64,000 nt of DNA. It comes from Psammoneis japonica. Lineage: Eukaryota. The translations under genes and the position numbers were made by a program. Location: assembly GCA_008632985.1 (NCBI GenBank), contig QPGO01000129.1, forward strand, positions 1 through 64,000. Direction: 5' to 3'. Positions within the stretch are counted from its first letter, which is position 1; every line of letters begins with the position of its first letter. A model generated the notes under the pieces. It saw only the letters and a program-made list of their open reading frames with translations, searched no databases and had not been told where the DNA came from. Below are positions 49,961-61,931 of the stretch, one piece after another.

Positions 49961-50671
49961 ATAGCTATACAACAGAGGAGCGGCCGATCGCATGCTGTAG
50001 TAGTGCCATCCGGTTAATATTCTAGTAGTGGATCTTTTATTTTAATGCATGTCATACGTGTGGGTGCTTCGTCCCGTCGACCATAGCTAATCAATGGTGT
50101 TCACTCTCTACAGGGCTCTGTTTATCTCCATCTTGCGCATGGAAGGAGATTAGTCTACCCGAGAACCATGTCTGTCATGCCACTCGGGTTCGTGATCGCA
50201 TGCTCAGGGCCGACAAGAATGCGGAAGATTCAAACTCTTGGTTTTCAGGTTCTTCGGGAAGAAAGGAAAAGAGATGGGTGGTTGCAGCGCTTCTTTTCTT
50301 GTTTGTACCCACATTTTTCATTGAGTTTTTCTTTGCACTGAGTCAGCAGTTTCTCGTGGAGGGGGTGCTGATCCCTTTGCCATTGGACACCAACCAGATT
50401 GGGCGCAGTTCTTGTGCTCACCACACTGGACGCGTGTACGGAACGATTGCGGCTTTCATCTGCTTCCTTGACAACATGTTTGCTTGAGCCATTCATGTGG
50501 ATCCAATCGCCACAGTGAAATCCTGCACCGTCCATTCTCGCATCGCATCGATTGATCAACACTTGTGTGAGGATTAGACAGCTTCACCAGGTGGCCACAG
50601 GAGCAAGCCAGCTGCTGTGAAAAGCAGATGCCATGAAGTGGCTGACAGACAGATGGAAAAAGAAGCCAAAC

Positions 50672-51102
50672 ACAGTGTGGCACAACAATTCTGCTTCAGG
50701 CAAAGTGCGAAATGCACTGCTCCATCACACCACACCCTGCCACCGGCACAATGTAAGAAGAGTCCATGACATGAAGAAAGTGCCAAACACGTGCTTGCTG
50801 TTGGGGGTTTTCAATGTGCAGGACAACTGCAGCACTGACAAGACTTTAAGAATTGGTCCTCTCCATGAAAACACCTGCAAAGATCATTGTCCATGTTGCT
50901 CCACACAGAAGCTGAATTCAGTGGCATGGTGCAACAACTCTGCATCAGGCAAAGCATGCTGTGCACCACACCATCACACCACTGTGGTGCACTGCAAGAA
51001 CGTGCTTGCCATTGGGGTGTTTTCCAATGTGCAGAACACCTGCAGCGCTGACAAGACTTTAAGAGTTGGTCTCGCTGAACCTGCAAAGATCATTGTCCCA
51101 TG
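50672..51102 (+). repeat. Diverged tandem duplication (~200-250 bp units)
   Basis: AACAA(T/C)TCTGC(T/A)TCAGGCAAAG...CTGACAAGACTTTAAGA...CCTGCAAAGATCATTGTCC occurs at ~50672-50895 and ~50920-51102. Confidence 0.8.
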
Positions 51103-51449
51103 TCACTGTCTCTCTTCCCTCCATGGCACATCCTGTCAATTCAAACAGAAACTCCAGGGCTGTGTCTGTGTCACCTAAAAGGATCCACCAACTGAAGACC
51201 CAGCACAAGACATGCCATTGTCACACTGCCCAAGGGAGCAGATGGCACAGCACTGAAATGACTGAACACATTCCAGCCACAAAAATTGACAAATTTCCAC
51301 TGTTGATGGTTGAGCACTGTTGCTCATTGTTCAGAAGGTTGCAGCATTGTTTTTCTCCTTTGACCCATTGTGACAAGGACAACTCATTGCAAGGAGGAAG
51401 CAGGCAATCAAGTTGCCCACCCTGGCAAAAACTGGCAGTGCACCCAAGC

Positions 51450-52050
51450 AAGTTCCAATCAGCATGTAAATTTGTTGATCAGTGGAGATTGAATCTGTCA
51501 ACCTGCACTTTGCCAAGCTCTGCCAGGCAGGTGCAAAGCAACACATTGTGTGGTTGAGAGAACATCCATTTGCTCAGACTGACCCAAGTGCAAATGCTTG
51601 ATGCAGAACAACTCAACAGTGTGTCAACATTTTGATGATCATCAGCAAACTTGCAACAAAAGCTTTGATTCTCACAGGAGGGTGTGTGCACATGACATGT
51701 GGGAGATCACATGTGCTGACAGCAACAGCAGGTTTGCAGGCATGGGCCATGTCACAGATTCATGTGCAGCTGGCTGAACATGTTGCAAAAAGAAGTAAAA
51801 AGATTGGGTCAATTCATTGAAACACACAGCCATGCAATCCTCTTGAGTGATCTCTGAAATGGCATTCAGCCATTTTTCTTCCACTGCATTGCACAAGCAC
51901 ATTTCAAAATTGACAAACAACTCAGTGCCACAAATCAAGTCATGCCATGCATGTGCTGTTTGTCGCAGGTGGCTCACATGCTGTGACTTCTTCTCTGGTT
52001 TCACCTCGCAGCACAGTTCCTTCAATTGATGAAAAAGGAGTTCAAGCATT
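51450..52050 (-). mobile_element. Possible gypsy gag remnant
   Basis: GTELFVNFEMCLCNAVEEKWLNAISEITQED resembles gag-region motifs of stramenopile gypsy elements (from memory, unverified). Confidence 0.4.
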
Positions 52051-52555
52051 TCAAACAGCAGCAGCAGGACCTTTCAAGTCAAGAAGATGGGTGTTGCCAA
52101 GTGATGTCATTTTGATGGAGTTTGACAAAACCAGGAGAATTGGTGGTGGCTGTGCTGCTCATGTTTTTGATGCTCCTCACAACATGCCTGCAACATTTTT
52201 TTAGGCTGAGCAAGAACACTTTGTTGTTGGCTCTAGATTGTGTCGTTCCCATGAAGGAGCCACATCATTGGGCCCAAGTCCTGCAATTGGTGCACTGCTC
52301 CAGATCAATTTGATGAGTTTGAAGACAATTGTGAGGACAAACCAGACAATGGCTGTGACAGCCAGAGGGATGTGACAGTCACATGCTTGAGACAAAATGC
52401 AAAAGATCAGGAAGAAGTTGCCAAAAATTTGGATCATCTCATGGACAAACAAAAGGCCCAACTGTTGGGGATGTTGAGGAAGCACACTGTGCCATTTGAT
52501 GGAGTGCTGGGCCACCATCTGCATGAAAAGGTGCACTTGGGATTGGAGGCCCATG
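52040..52555 (+). mobile_element. Ty3/gypsy pol remnant (protease to pre-RT linker)
   Basis: FQTAAAGPFKS..DVILMEFDKTRRI..HVFDAP and HLMDKQKAQLLGMLRKHTVPFDGVLGHHLHEKVHL (ancestral ..KY..LFDG.LG.Y). Confidence 0.7.
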
Positions 52556-53458
52556 TGCTCAGCTTCAAGGGGGGTCATCGCTGCTCCAGCACGACCACCT
52601 GTCTGCTCCAACTCCGCCTGGTGCTCCAATGCCACCTGGCAGCAGCTGCTGGCTGCTCCAAGGCTGACATCAGAAATTGCAACTCAAGCAGTGAGCAACA
52701 TGCAGTGTGTGTGTGTGTGGGGGGGGGGGGGGGTGATCAGATGGCAAAATGACATGGGGCAGCAGCTTTTGTCTGTCTTTTGTTTTCATCTCACCTCTCT
52801 TTTTCACAGATGCACAAATCAGAACCAAACGCAATGTGCCATTCATTTGAAATTGTTCCATGCTCTTGAATCTGTTGAGAGAGAGAACAAAAAATTGCAG
52901 TGCAAGGGGTGAGCAACAAACAGTGTGAAAGAACAAAATGGTGGCAAAAAGCCACACACATGTGTGATGGCGGGCACTGTCTCTTCATTTCTGGATTTTA
53001 TCTCACCAGCCTTTACATGCATGCACTTGTCAGAACAAAACACAGTGCGCGCTTTATTGGAAATGGTTCCTCACAACGGGGTTCTTGTCGATGTTGTTGT
53101 TGAGTGTTGAGATTTTTGAATGACATGATGTGATGATGTGAATTTGGATGTCGTGCGGTCTGGCCCTGGATGCGTTTTCTGGGGTCACGTGCTCAACAAC
53201 GGTCGAACCCCCCTCGCTTTTTTTCTTTTTTCTTTTTTCCCTTTTCCTTTTGCCCGGCCTTGCCCACCTTTCCGCATCCCTGTCTGGAAACTACTCTCTA
53301 GCTAGGGCATAAAATCTTTGAGGGTGTGCAGTTATGCTGGTTAGTGTATCACACCAACAAGCACCAGTGTGCAAATGACAATCAGGGCTAAAGTTTAATC
53401 CTACGAGAACACTAATTCTGCGGAAAGACACCACACTTGAAAATTCGTTCTCGCACGA

Positions 53459-53965
53459 TTAGGCGCACAGGTGGACATCCATAGATGTGCCAGATGAGAC
53501 AACAGCGTCATCGCCGGGATAGGTGTACTGCTTCCAATCAGTGCAGCCCCAGTAGAGAAAGCCAAAGTAGCTACAGTGCCTCACCAGAAAGCAGTCAATA
53601 GCATTTAACTCAAAGTCATCCACTTCCTTGTTTTCTCCGTCAACCATCTTGCGATCACTCGTAACCGCAGCGAGCTTGTTTCCGTCCCCAAACTTGACGT
53701 AGTTGACAGAGACGCGTCGATTCTTTCCACACTGGTTCTCCACCCGGATGTAATACCTACCAAATGATGTAGCGACAGGATTCATGCATTTGCATCCAAT
53801 GCCGGCGTTTTCAATCCTGTCACATTGAGCATCATAATCTAAATCGCTACCGCGCAAAGTGCTAGCGATGACCTTCTCCAGTTTTTGACTCTCCTCCTGC
53901 GCGGAGGCGATTCCAGCAAGGCTGCAGAGACCAGAGGCAAGCAAAATGATATAGAACAGCTTCAT
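53459..53965 (-). CDS. Small secreted Cys-containing protein
   Basis: Signal peptide MKLFYIILLASGLCSLAGIASA; LRG propeptide-like motif; normal composition. Confidence 0.7.
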   Translation of the reverse strand: MKLFYIILLASGLCSLAGIASAQEESQKLEKVIASTLRGSDLDYDAQCDRIENAGIGCKCMNPVATSFGRYYIRVENQCGKNRRVSVNYVKFGDGNKLAAVTSDRKMVDGENKEVDDFELNAIDCFLVRHCSYFGFLYWGCTDWKQYTYPGDDAVVSSGTSMDVHLCA

Positions 53966-54849
53966 CGTCAGTGCTTTTTCTTGACGCCTTTTGCAAATTT
54001 TAAGAAGAAAGTGGCACTTTGAGGAGTTTCTCATCTCTCATCTTCAGTCGTGCTCGTATCCGCGAATGCTCTCTGCTCCAGACGTGCTTAGCGGTAAAAC
54101 CGTAGTCTTTCTCTCTATTCCTTCCTTGATCCTGCCTTTCTGGCATCGTAGCTGGTTCCTGTACACCGCACAAAAGAAATAGGATGTCCTCAGTGGAGGA
54201 TGTTGTGTGAACGCCTCAAGTCCTGCTTATTCATTATCGGTCAATTTGCGTCTCTCATAAGTCGTGCTTTGCGGTGAAAACCGATGGACATCTTTTTGCC
54301 TTGTACCGTTCGGGAGCCGTGCCGGTACTACACTGCACAACAGATAATAATATTGTACATACGAGATGAGAAATTGCGTCTTCTGGCTCCCTTGTCGCTT
54401 TTTGTGCCTGCGTCAGCAATGTGGCCGTGTTGGATGGACACAATCGATTCAATACAGTCAACGCATTGCCAGAAAACACGTTTCAAGGTGACGGTGAGAA
54501 TACTGGCGACACGCATTTTCACATACCCAAAAACCCAACAACACTCCTGTGCTTAGACAGCTCAGGATTCCTCAACGGTGTTGGCAATATGTGTAGATCG
54601 GACGTCCAAGCCAAAATGTTTCCTCTTCAACTCATCCAGTGCCAAGTCCATTGAGCCCGTTCCTGACACCCTGGCAACTGGCAACAACATCGCACCGTCT
54701 TCGTCATTTTGTCCGCGGAACTTGAGGATAACGTGTAGAACATGTAGACTCGATGCGCTCTCGAACCCGGAATCCACTGGATTCCACACGCGCAGTCTTG
54801 GCTTTGTCGCTTGCCAAAGCTTGTTGCACTTGTGATGATTTGCGCTCCA

Positions 54850-57800
54850 TCCTGGGTCGCGAAGCATCCATCAACCAGCAGCAGATGCCTTGCGCAACCC
54901 TGGTGCTAAAATGGCTAACTTTAACGGATTTTTCCTTCACGTCCATGACGCTCATGGGGGGATCGCACAGAGATTGACAATTGACCCAGACTTGGTCAGA
55001 TCAGTCTCCAGAGTGGTTTTTTCTTGTGGAACAGCATGGCTGACACCAGCACGCCGTGTGGTGCCTTGGCGATGCGTGTGCATGCAGCACCTTCTGCTGT
55101 GATTTCCCTTCCCAATCCTGCACCACATGCTTGGTGTGTGTTGGGTCAATTTCACAGAGGATGTTGACCAGAGCTCCCCACAGGTGGGGGCAAAGTGGCA
55201 GAGGCAAAGTGGCAGATGATGCTTCCTCAAAGGCAGAGACAACAGCAGCAAGGGTTGTTCCAAGAGGAAAGAAAGGCCAAGATCAAAGCAGTGGGAAAGA
55301 GCAGTGGAGTTGCCGGGCAGCAGCTGAGCTCTGCGAGTGGCAAAGCAGAGGCAGCAGAGAGCAAAAAGTGAGGGCCGCAAGGAGGGAAGGAGCAGCGGCA
55401 GTGATGGCAGAAGGGCATCAAAGACCAAAGCCACCAAGGGAGGAAGCGCAAGCTGGCTGACCCTGGGCAATGTCAGACTGTGCACAGATGATTGTCAGAC
55501 CATTCTAGACGGACAAGATTGTCTCTCTGAGATCTTCTCTTGCTCTTGCTTGCCAGCACATGCGTGTCATCCACTGTCACCAATTTGCAGCAAAGGGCTC
55601 TTTGGCTTGTTGTTCATGCCACTGCTGCTCTGACAGGTTGTGGCCTTGTCAAGCTGTCATTCTTCTGTGCCGCAACCTGCACACACCACGAGTGACTCTT
55701 TTGGTTTGTGAGGAGCTGAGCAAGCCGGCAATCATTTTTGAGATCCTGAAAGTGACATTTTTGATTGGCGCACAGGCTCTGCAAATCAGCACCAGGTTTC
55801 TTTTTGTGCTGCATGATCCAAAATTCTGCGCACCTCATCAACCACAACAACTTTGACCCAAGAAGCCCATTTTTGATCCGTCAAAGAGATTTCTGTTGTC
55901 TTTGTGCAACACACTTGCAATCGTGTAGTCACAAAACACTTCAAAAGCCTTTGTGCTGGTGTTGTCATTGACTTGGATAAAATTTTTGAAGATCCAAAGC
56001 ATGCAAGGGCTCAGGGCCAAGGACGACATTGTTGACGTGCTTCAGGATTGCATCCTTCAAGAGCCAATCATTCAAGAGACCTCAACCCTTTCAACACACT
56101 GCCGGCTGTGTCGTTCTTTCAGAAAGCATCCCTCAAGGTGGCCAGTCCTGCATCCACTGACCAAGTGTCTCATCTGTCCCGACAGACAATGGACCATAAA
56201 ATTGAAGAAGCACTTTGAGCTTGGTTTGTCAAAGTGGTTCTTGCTGTTGGCATCTCCCATCTCCACTTTGCCCCCACTGCGCAACATGTGCTCAGGGGCT
56301 GGAGTGAGTTCTCTGACACAGCGTGCTCACCACCTCTGCACTCCCAAGACCCCATCACCATCATCTGAGAATTCAGGCTCAACCAACATTTCCAATTTGA
56401 TTGGTGCCCTGAACAACAACTGCGCTGCATCCAAGGCATCTGCAACTGGAAGTTCTGGTCAAATCAAGCTCCTGCTGCAACTCTGTCATGAAAATTTTTG
56501 TTCAGTGCAGATGTTCCACCCAAGGACATGTGTGCTTGTTTTGATTGCAAGGCTGATGAAAAAACAATTCTCTAGAACTTGCAAGTTGGATGCTCCAGTG
56601 GTCACAGCCATCATCTGGGTGGCGCTGGTTGATCAACTCCACCATGATGACTCTTCTCATGGCATTTGCCAGTGGTGCCTCAATTTTCAGCAGCATGCCA
56701 CCAGTTGTGGTTGTCGTGTTCATTCAAGCACAACCATGGCAACAACAGAGGCTTTGCCATCAGAAATGGCCCGGATGATGATCTCCCACAAGGCATGCAC
56801 ATCCATTGTCTCAAAGCATTGCATGCCCCACACAAGCTCCTTTCTCAGTCAGACATGTTTCAAAAGAACAGCTGCGTGCACTGCACTGTTGCTTCTTCAT
56901 GCTGTGGCAGTGGCTGCAGTGCCTTGAAGCAACTCCATTTTTAAGCACACCCAGCGAACTGTGAGGAACAGCCAGTTTGGCAGACTTCTGTCACAAGCAA
57001 GGGAACCTGCCTTTTAACAACTGCTGCTTTGTGCTCTTCAACAATTTTTGGCAGCTGTGTGCACTCATTTTCAATGCTGACTCATCCTGATCATTGTGAG
57101 ACAAACAACTGTCTTTGTCAAGAATGCCAAGTGCTCCAAGCATTTGCTTGTCAAGGGTTGCCAAGCACTGACATGTGTTGTCAGCTCATTTGTGCAAATG
57201 TGCCAAAAAGCAGATTGTGGAGACCCTCAGTTTCTTCTTGAGCCAAGCTGACAGTCTGGCCTGCATGGAATCAGCTTCTAACTGGGTTTGCAATCTGCAC
57301 TGCCAATGCGAGCATCATCATGTGAACAATTTGAGTTGCCCTCCGGTTGGTGTCAATGCATTGGACATTGCAGCACCGCCAACCATTGAAGATTTTTCAC
57401 CCAATGCAATGCCCACAGACACCGCATTTGAGCTGGATGACGTGTTGGTTCTGCAGGACAAGACTTTTGCCCCCCCCCCCCCCATGCAATGAATTGCATT
57501 CTCTTGATTCACCAACAGCACTGACAATGATTGCCTTTTGCATTGCACTTGCTCTGCGCATGCCTTCAAACTCAAGGTTGCACCAAATTGGGGTGCCAAA
57601 CACGCCTGTGTGTCTTTTGTGCTGGTGGCCATCTTTTCAAAGATTGTCCCATCCTCAAGAACAACCCTCATGTCAAGAAAGGCAGTCACATTTGCTTCTG
57701 CCATTTCTTGAAGCAAGCAGCTGCTTAACCTGCTGCCATCTTTGCTGGCAACCAAGGAAACTTGCCTGTTGGACAGACTGGGCAAGTTCTCCTGCTTGCT

Positions 57801-60170
57801 GATTCTCTGCCATTGGGGTCTCAGTCGGGCCATTGCAGCTGGTTTCAGATCTTCAATGCAGCCCATTCTCTCCTCACCAAGACAGCGCCAATGATTGGGG
57901 GAAGCTGTGAAAGAGGGGCACAATTTTTGTTGCCTTCCACTTCAAAGCCCATTTTTCTAGATGCCGTTTTGGACATTTCTTGCCCCATCTCCTCCCCGAT
58001 CATGCCTGGCTTCATGACTCTCCCTGATGATGATCCTTTGCCACATGGTGGTGTTGATCAAATGATCAAGAACAGGGGAGAGCAGAGGAAGTCATTGAGC
58101 AAGAGTTGGACCCTTTCAACCTTGAGCACTCCAACAATTGTGACAAACCTGGTTTTGCTGCTGTCAACTTGGCACAAATCTCCACCAACAAACCATCTTG
58201 GGTGTCTCCAACTGTTGCGTTCAACAAAGGCTGCAAAGCCTTCAAAGTGAGTGCCATCACCTTAGAGACTGATGATCACTGTGCTCAGTTTGATGCAGGC
58301 AGGCATGTGTGTTTCTTGTGCCAGTGATTTGGATCTTCTCCATCATTGTGCCAACTGTTCATGCCAGCCAACAAAGCTCCCTGCACAAGTGTTTTGTTGC
58401 ATGATGCTTTCAGCTTTTCCTCAAGATCAATCACCTTGCAGCTGCTCTCCACCTCTGGTGAGATCTTGCAGCTGGATCCATCTCAGATGCATCTCAACTT
58501 GCTTCCGTGGCTGCCTTTAAACCGGGCAAAGAGTCAGTGAGCCTGGGCAGAAGCATGAGCGACATCAGAGTGAGGAGGCATCAAAGATGCTGTCAGGATG
58601 GAGGAGTGGATGGAGTGTGTGTGATGCAGCACATGGTGAATTTGCAGATGGGATGGAACAAGCAAGTGTCTGTGTCATGGGCAGAAAAGAAATGAAGAGC
58701 ATGCACAGAAAGGTGGTGTGGGTGATGAGTTGTGGCTTGAGGTTTGAGTTGCACATTGGGAGTGGGAGGGGGCTGGTGCATGCTGCCAAAGTGATCATTG
58801 GCAAGTTGGCTCCAGGCAAAGTCAGCAAAAGAGAGGAGAAGCAAGGGCATGATGGAGGAAGGCAGAACAGGAAGTGTTGGCATTGATCCCATGCTCAAGT
58901 GGTGTGCCTCAGTCGAGCAGGAGTGGGGAGGGCACAGACAGACTGGGAGAAAGAGGGTGAAGAGGAGCATCTTTGGGTTTGGTGATGTCAACTGTGGTTC
59001 AGTGAGATGGCGGGCAGGGGCAGAGAGGGAAGCAAGGGGGGCAGAGATGCTGGCACACATTGGCGGGGTGAAAAGAACAGGGCAGAGGGAAAGAACATCA
59101 CAGGCTCAAGATGGAGGGCAAGTGGATTGCAGGCTCATTGGGTGAGTGACACAACTTGGCAAGGGCCCCCAGCGTTTGGGAGATGATGAAGATGGCATCA
59201 CTGAAGCCATCATTGGAGAGCTTGAGCTTGTGGCTGTGCTGGCAGGAAAAACAAAAGGTTGCTGCAGACATCAAGGGAGGCATGGCCTCATGGGTCATGG
59301 GGAGAGCCATCAAAGCAAGAAGCAAGAATGAGAAGGTGATGTTTCTAAAGGGCAAGGTGGGAAAAGAAAAATTGGCAGAAGAGGGAGCAGAAGGGGGAGA
59401 CTTGTGCAAGGGGGGAGAGGAGAGAAAGATGACAGCAAAATTTGAACATCAGAGGGAGCATCAGCAAGGGCAGAGGCAGCAGTGGGCTGCTGATGGGCAT
59501 GGCGCAAATGGTGGGTGAGATTGGGGGTTGTGGCTGACTTGACAAGGAAGGGCTGCTGAGGAAGTGGCAGAAGATGGAGAGTCGGAAGCCTGGGCAAAGG
59601 CAAAGGCAGAGATGAGAGCAAGGGTTGTTCCAAGAGGAAAGAGAGACATTGGAGCAGCAGAAAAAGGCAGCAGAGTCACCGGGTGGCAGCTGAACTCTGC
59701 GAGTGGTGCAAGGCAGAGGGAGGGAGCGAAGAAGAATGGTCGCAAAAAGGAGGCAAAAGGCGCGGCAGTCGTGTTGGCAGAAGGGTCTCAAAGACAAAAG
59801 CCACCAAGGGAGGAAGAAAGGCAGGGAGGGAGTTGACATGGCAGGTTGTGCAGCAAAGAAAGTGATGGGAGATGGTGGTCGAGGAGAGTGCCCCAGGTGA
59901 GAGATGCCGGGAAGCACCAGGAGCCAGGATCATTCACGGGCAGGGCCAAAGTTGTTGTGGCAGAAATCAACACACCAAGGTGGGCAGAGGAAGGAACAAA
60001 GCAGTGCTTGAAGAGCAGGGCTTGAGTTTGCTTGTCATGAAGGCGAGTGAGGAGTTTCTCCACCTTGGTAGAGACGGTGGAGGACATGTCAGAGAGGAAG
60101 GAGTTGGCTAAGGCAAGGCTAATCGAGGAGAGCCCAGAGGCCTCTGTGGCAGAGCGGGCATCATCACTGG
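54850..60170. other. TpA/CpG-erased domain D5 (unidentified element, minus-strand coding fossil)
   Basis: Residual TA nearly all CTAA/TTAA/CTAG/TTAG; minus-strand frame from ATG 60087 interrupted by TGA; purine-rich plus strand at 58560-60170. Confidence 0.88.
55195..55450 (+). repeat. Diverged copy of 59560-59825
   Basis: Shared GCAAGGGTTGTTCCAAGAGGAAAGA, GCAGCTGA(G/A)CTCTGCGAGTGG and CAAAGAC(C/A)AAAGCCACCAAGGGAGGAAG. Confidence 0.85.
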
Positions 60171-60433
60171 AGGTAAGCCTACTACGTAAAAACGTACTAC
60201 AGCCTCCGTAGAACGATGTTCACGTGGTGTTGCGCGGGTATCATAAAGGCACTAGATTCTCACAGTCTATCGCCGACTTACTGATGCTGTGTTGCTGTTG
60301 CGCCGCAAAAGCAAAGATAGCTATCAACCACCATAACTTATCACTCCTGTTTGTAATTGTGGTAATCGTTGTCTGAGTTAAGACGCTTTGTGTCTCTTGT
60401 AAACTTTTAAGCACGTGCATAACTCAAGAAAAC

Positions 60434-61731
60434 ATGGCAGATCTTAACTCCAAAATCGAAGCAGCTAAGACCGAGGTATGTTTTGCTATACTCAGAGATG
60501 AAGGAGACTTACGACGCTTCTCGCAAGTCATTTGCACGTCTAATTGCGTTTTATATTGACACTGCTACATCTTGCTCATACACAGGTGTCGAATCTCCAG
60601 TCTGAAATTAGCAAGACACTTGCCTCGAAAAAGGACAAGACGCTGGGTGCCGTCGCCAGTAGTAAAGGCCCGCTTCCTGCAATTCGTGGTGTGCCATCCA
60701 CCAAGTGTCGCCGTACACTCAAGGGACATTTCGGCAAGATTGCAGCCTTGCATTGGGCAGGAGACTCAAAGTCCCTCGTGAGTGCATCTCAGGACGGAAA
60801 GTTGATTTTGTGGAATGCCGTGTCGACCCATAAGAATGGTATTATCAATCTCAAGTCTGCATACGTTCTCACGGTGGGTATGGAGCAATCTCGTGGTGAA
60901 ATGGTTGCCTGTGGAGGATTGGACAATTTGTGTTCCATTTATCGATTCGATCGTCCTCAGGAAGTCATGATTGAATTAGCCTCTCACGAGGGATTTCTCA
61001 GTTGCTGTCGTTTCATTTCGCAAGAAAAGATCGTCACCGCGTCGGGAGACTCCACATGCATCTTGTGGGATATCTCCACCGGAAAGACCCTCCAGACACT
61101 TACCGAACACTCCAAGGACATTTGTCACTTGAGTTTGAGTCCAGATAATCCCAATGTCCTGTTGACAGGCAGTGTGGATCAGACGGTCAAATTGTGGGAC
61201 TTGCGCACCACCCATCCCACCGAGTCGGTACAAACCTTTTATGGACACGAGGGGGATGTCAATGGCGTGGAATTCATGACGGCATCGCCCAATACGTTTG
61301 GTACCGCCAGTGATGACGGAACGTGTAGAATCTTTGATTTGCGTGCGTACAATCAAGTCAATCAGTTTGGAAAGCTCAGTGCGGCCAGAAAGGATGGTTT
61401 CGATGATACCATGGAAGGCTTTACTTCGGCTAGCTTTAGTCGATCGGGACGAATCTTGTTTTGTGGACACTCGGATGGTAACGTGCATGCGTTTGATGTG
61501 CTCTCGGACAAGACTGCTCCCGCCTTTGTCCTTTCTGGGCATGCGTCTCATGTTACCGATGTTAGTGTCAACCCCAAGGGTGATGCGCTCTGCTCCGCCT
61601 CTTGGGATAATACGCTCAAGGTGAGTTTGTTCTTGTTTTGCTTTGCTTTCTGGCTTTTCTCGTGTTTGTGTGCTCTAAGGGACAGTCTCATGAATGCCAC
61701 TTGTTTGAACCTTTTCTAGATTTGGGCATAG
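60434..61731 (+). CDS. GNB: Heterotrimeric G-protein beta subunit
   Basis: CRRTLKGHFGKIAALHW, LVSASQDGKLILWN, VACGGLDNLCSIY, TASGDSTCILWD, TASDDGTCRIFDLRA, SASWDNTLK|IWA; introns 60476-60585 and 61621-61719. Confidence 0.96.
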
Positions 61732-61931
61732 GTACGGTGTGATTCTGCGTTAGTGTTTGTTTGTGAGTTTCGGTGAATATGTACGGCGGGTGGAGGCAGA
61801 AAACACAGTCTCTGCCACCACTTTGGTCGGCTAAATCTGCTTATAGTGAAACAGTGCGAGCATTATTGTAGCTATTGTTTACCGTACTTGCTTTGTACTT
61901 CTAGTTACGACTACGCTACTCGTGATATTAA

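Larger units (their letters stand above)
50170..53280. other. TpA/CpG-erased domain D4
   Basis: Few TA, CG sparse in the core, Tyr-poor ORFs; contains gypsy fragments. Confidence 0.88.

Noticed and set aside
52705..52735. (GT)n plus poly-G tract (also poly-C at ~14656 and ~57470)
   Set aside because: Simple repeats; origin from converted (TA)n is possible but untestable here
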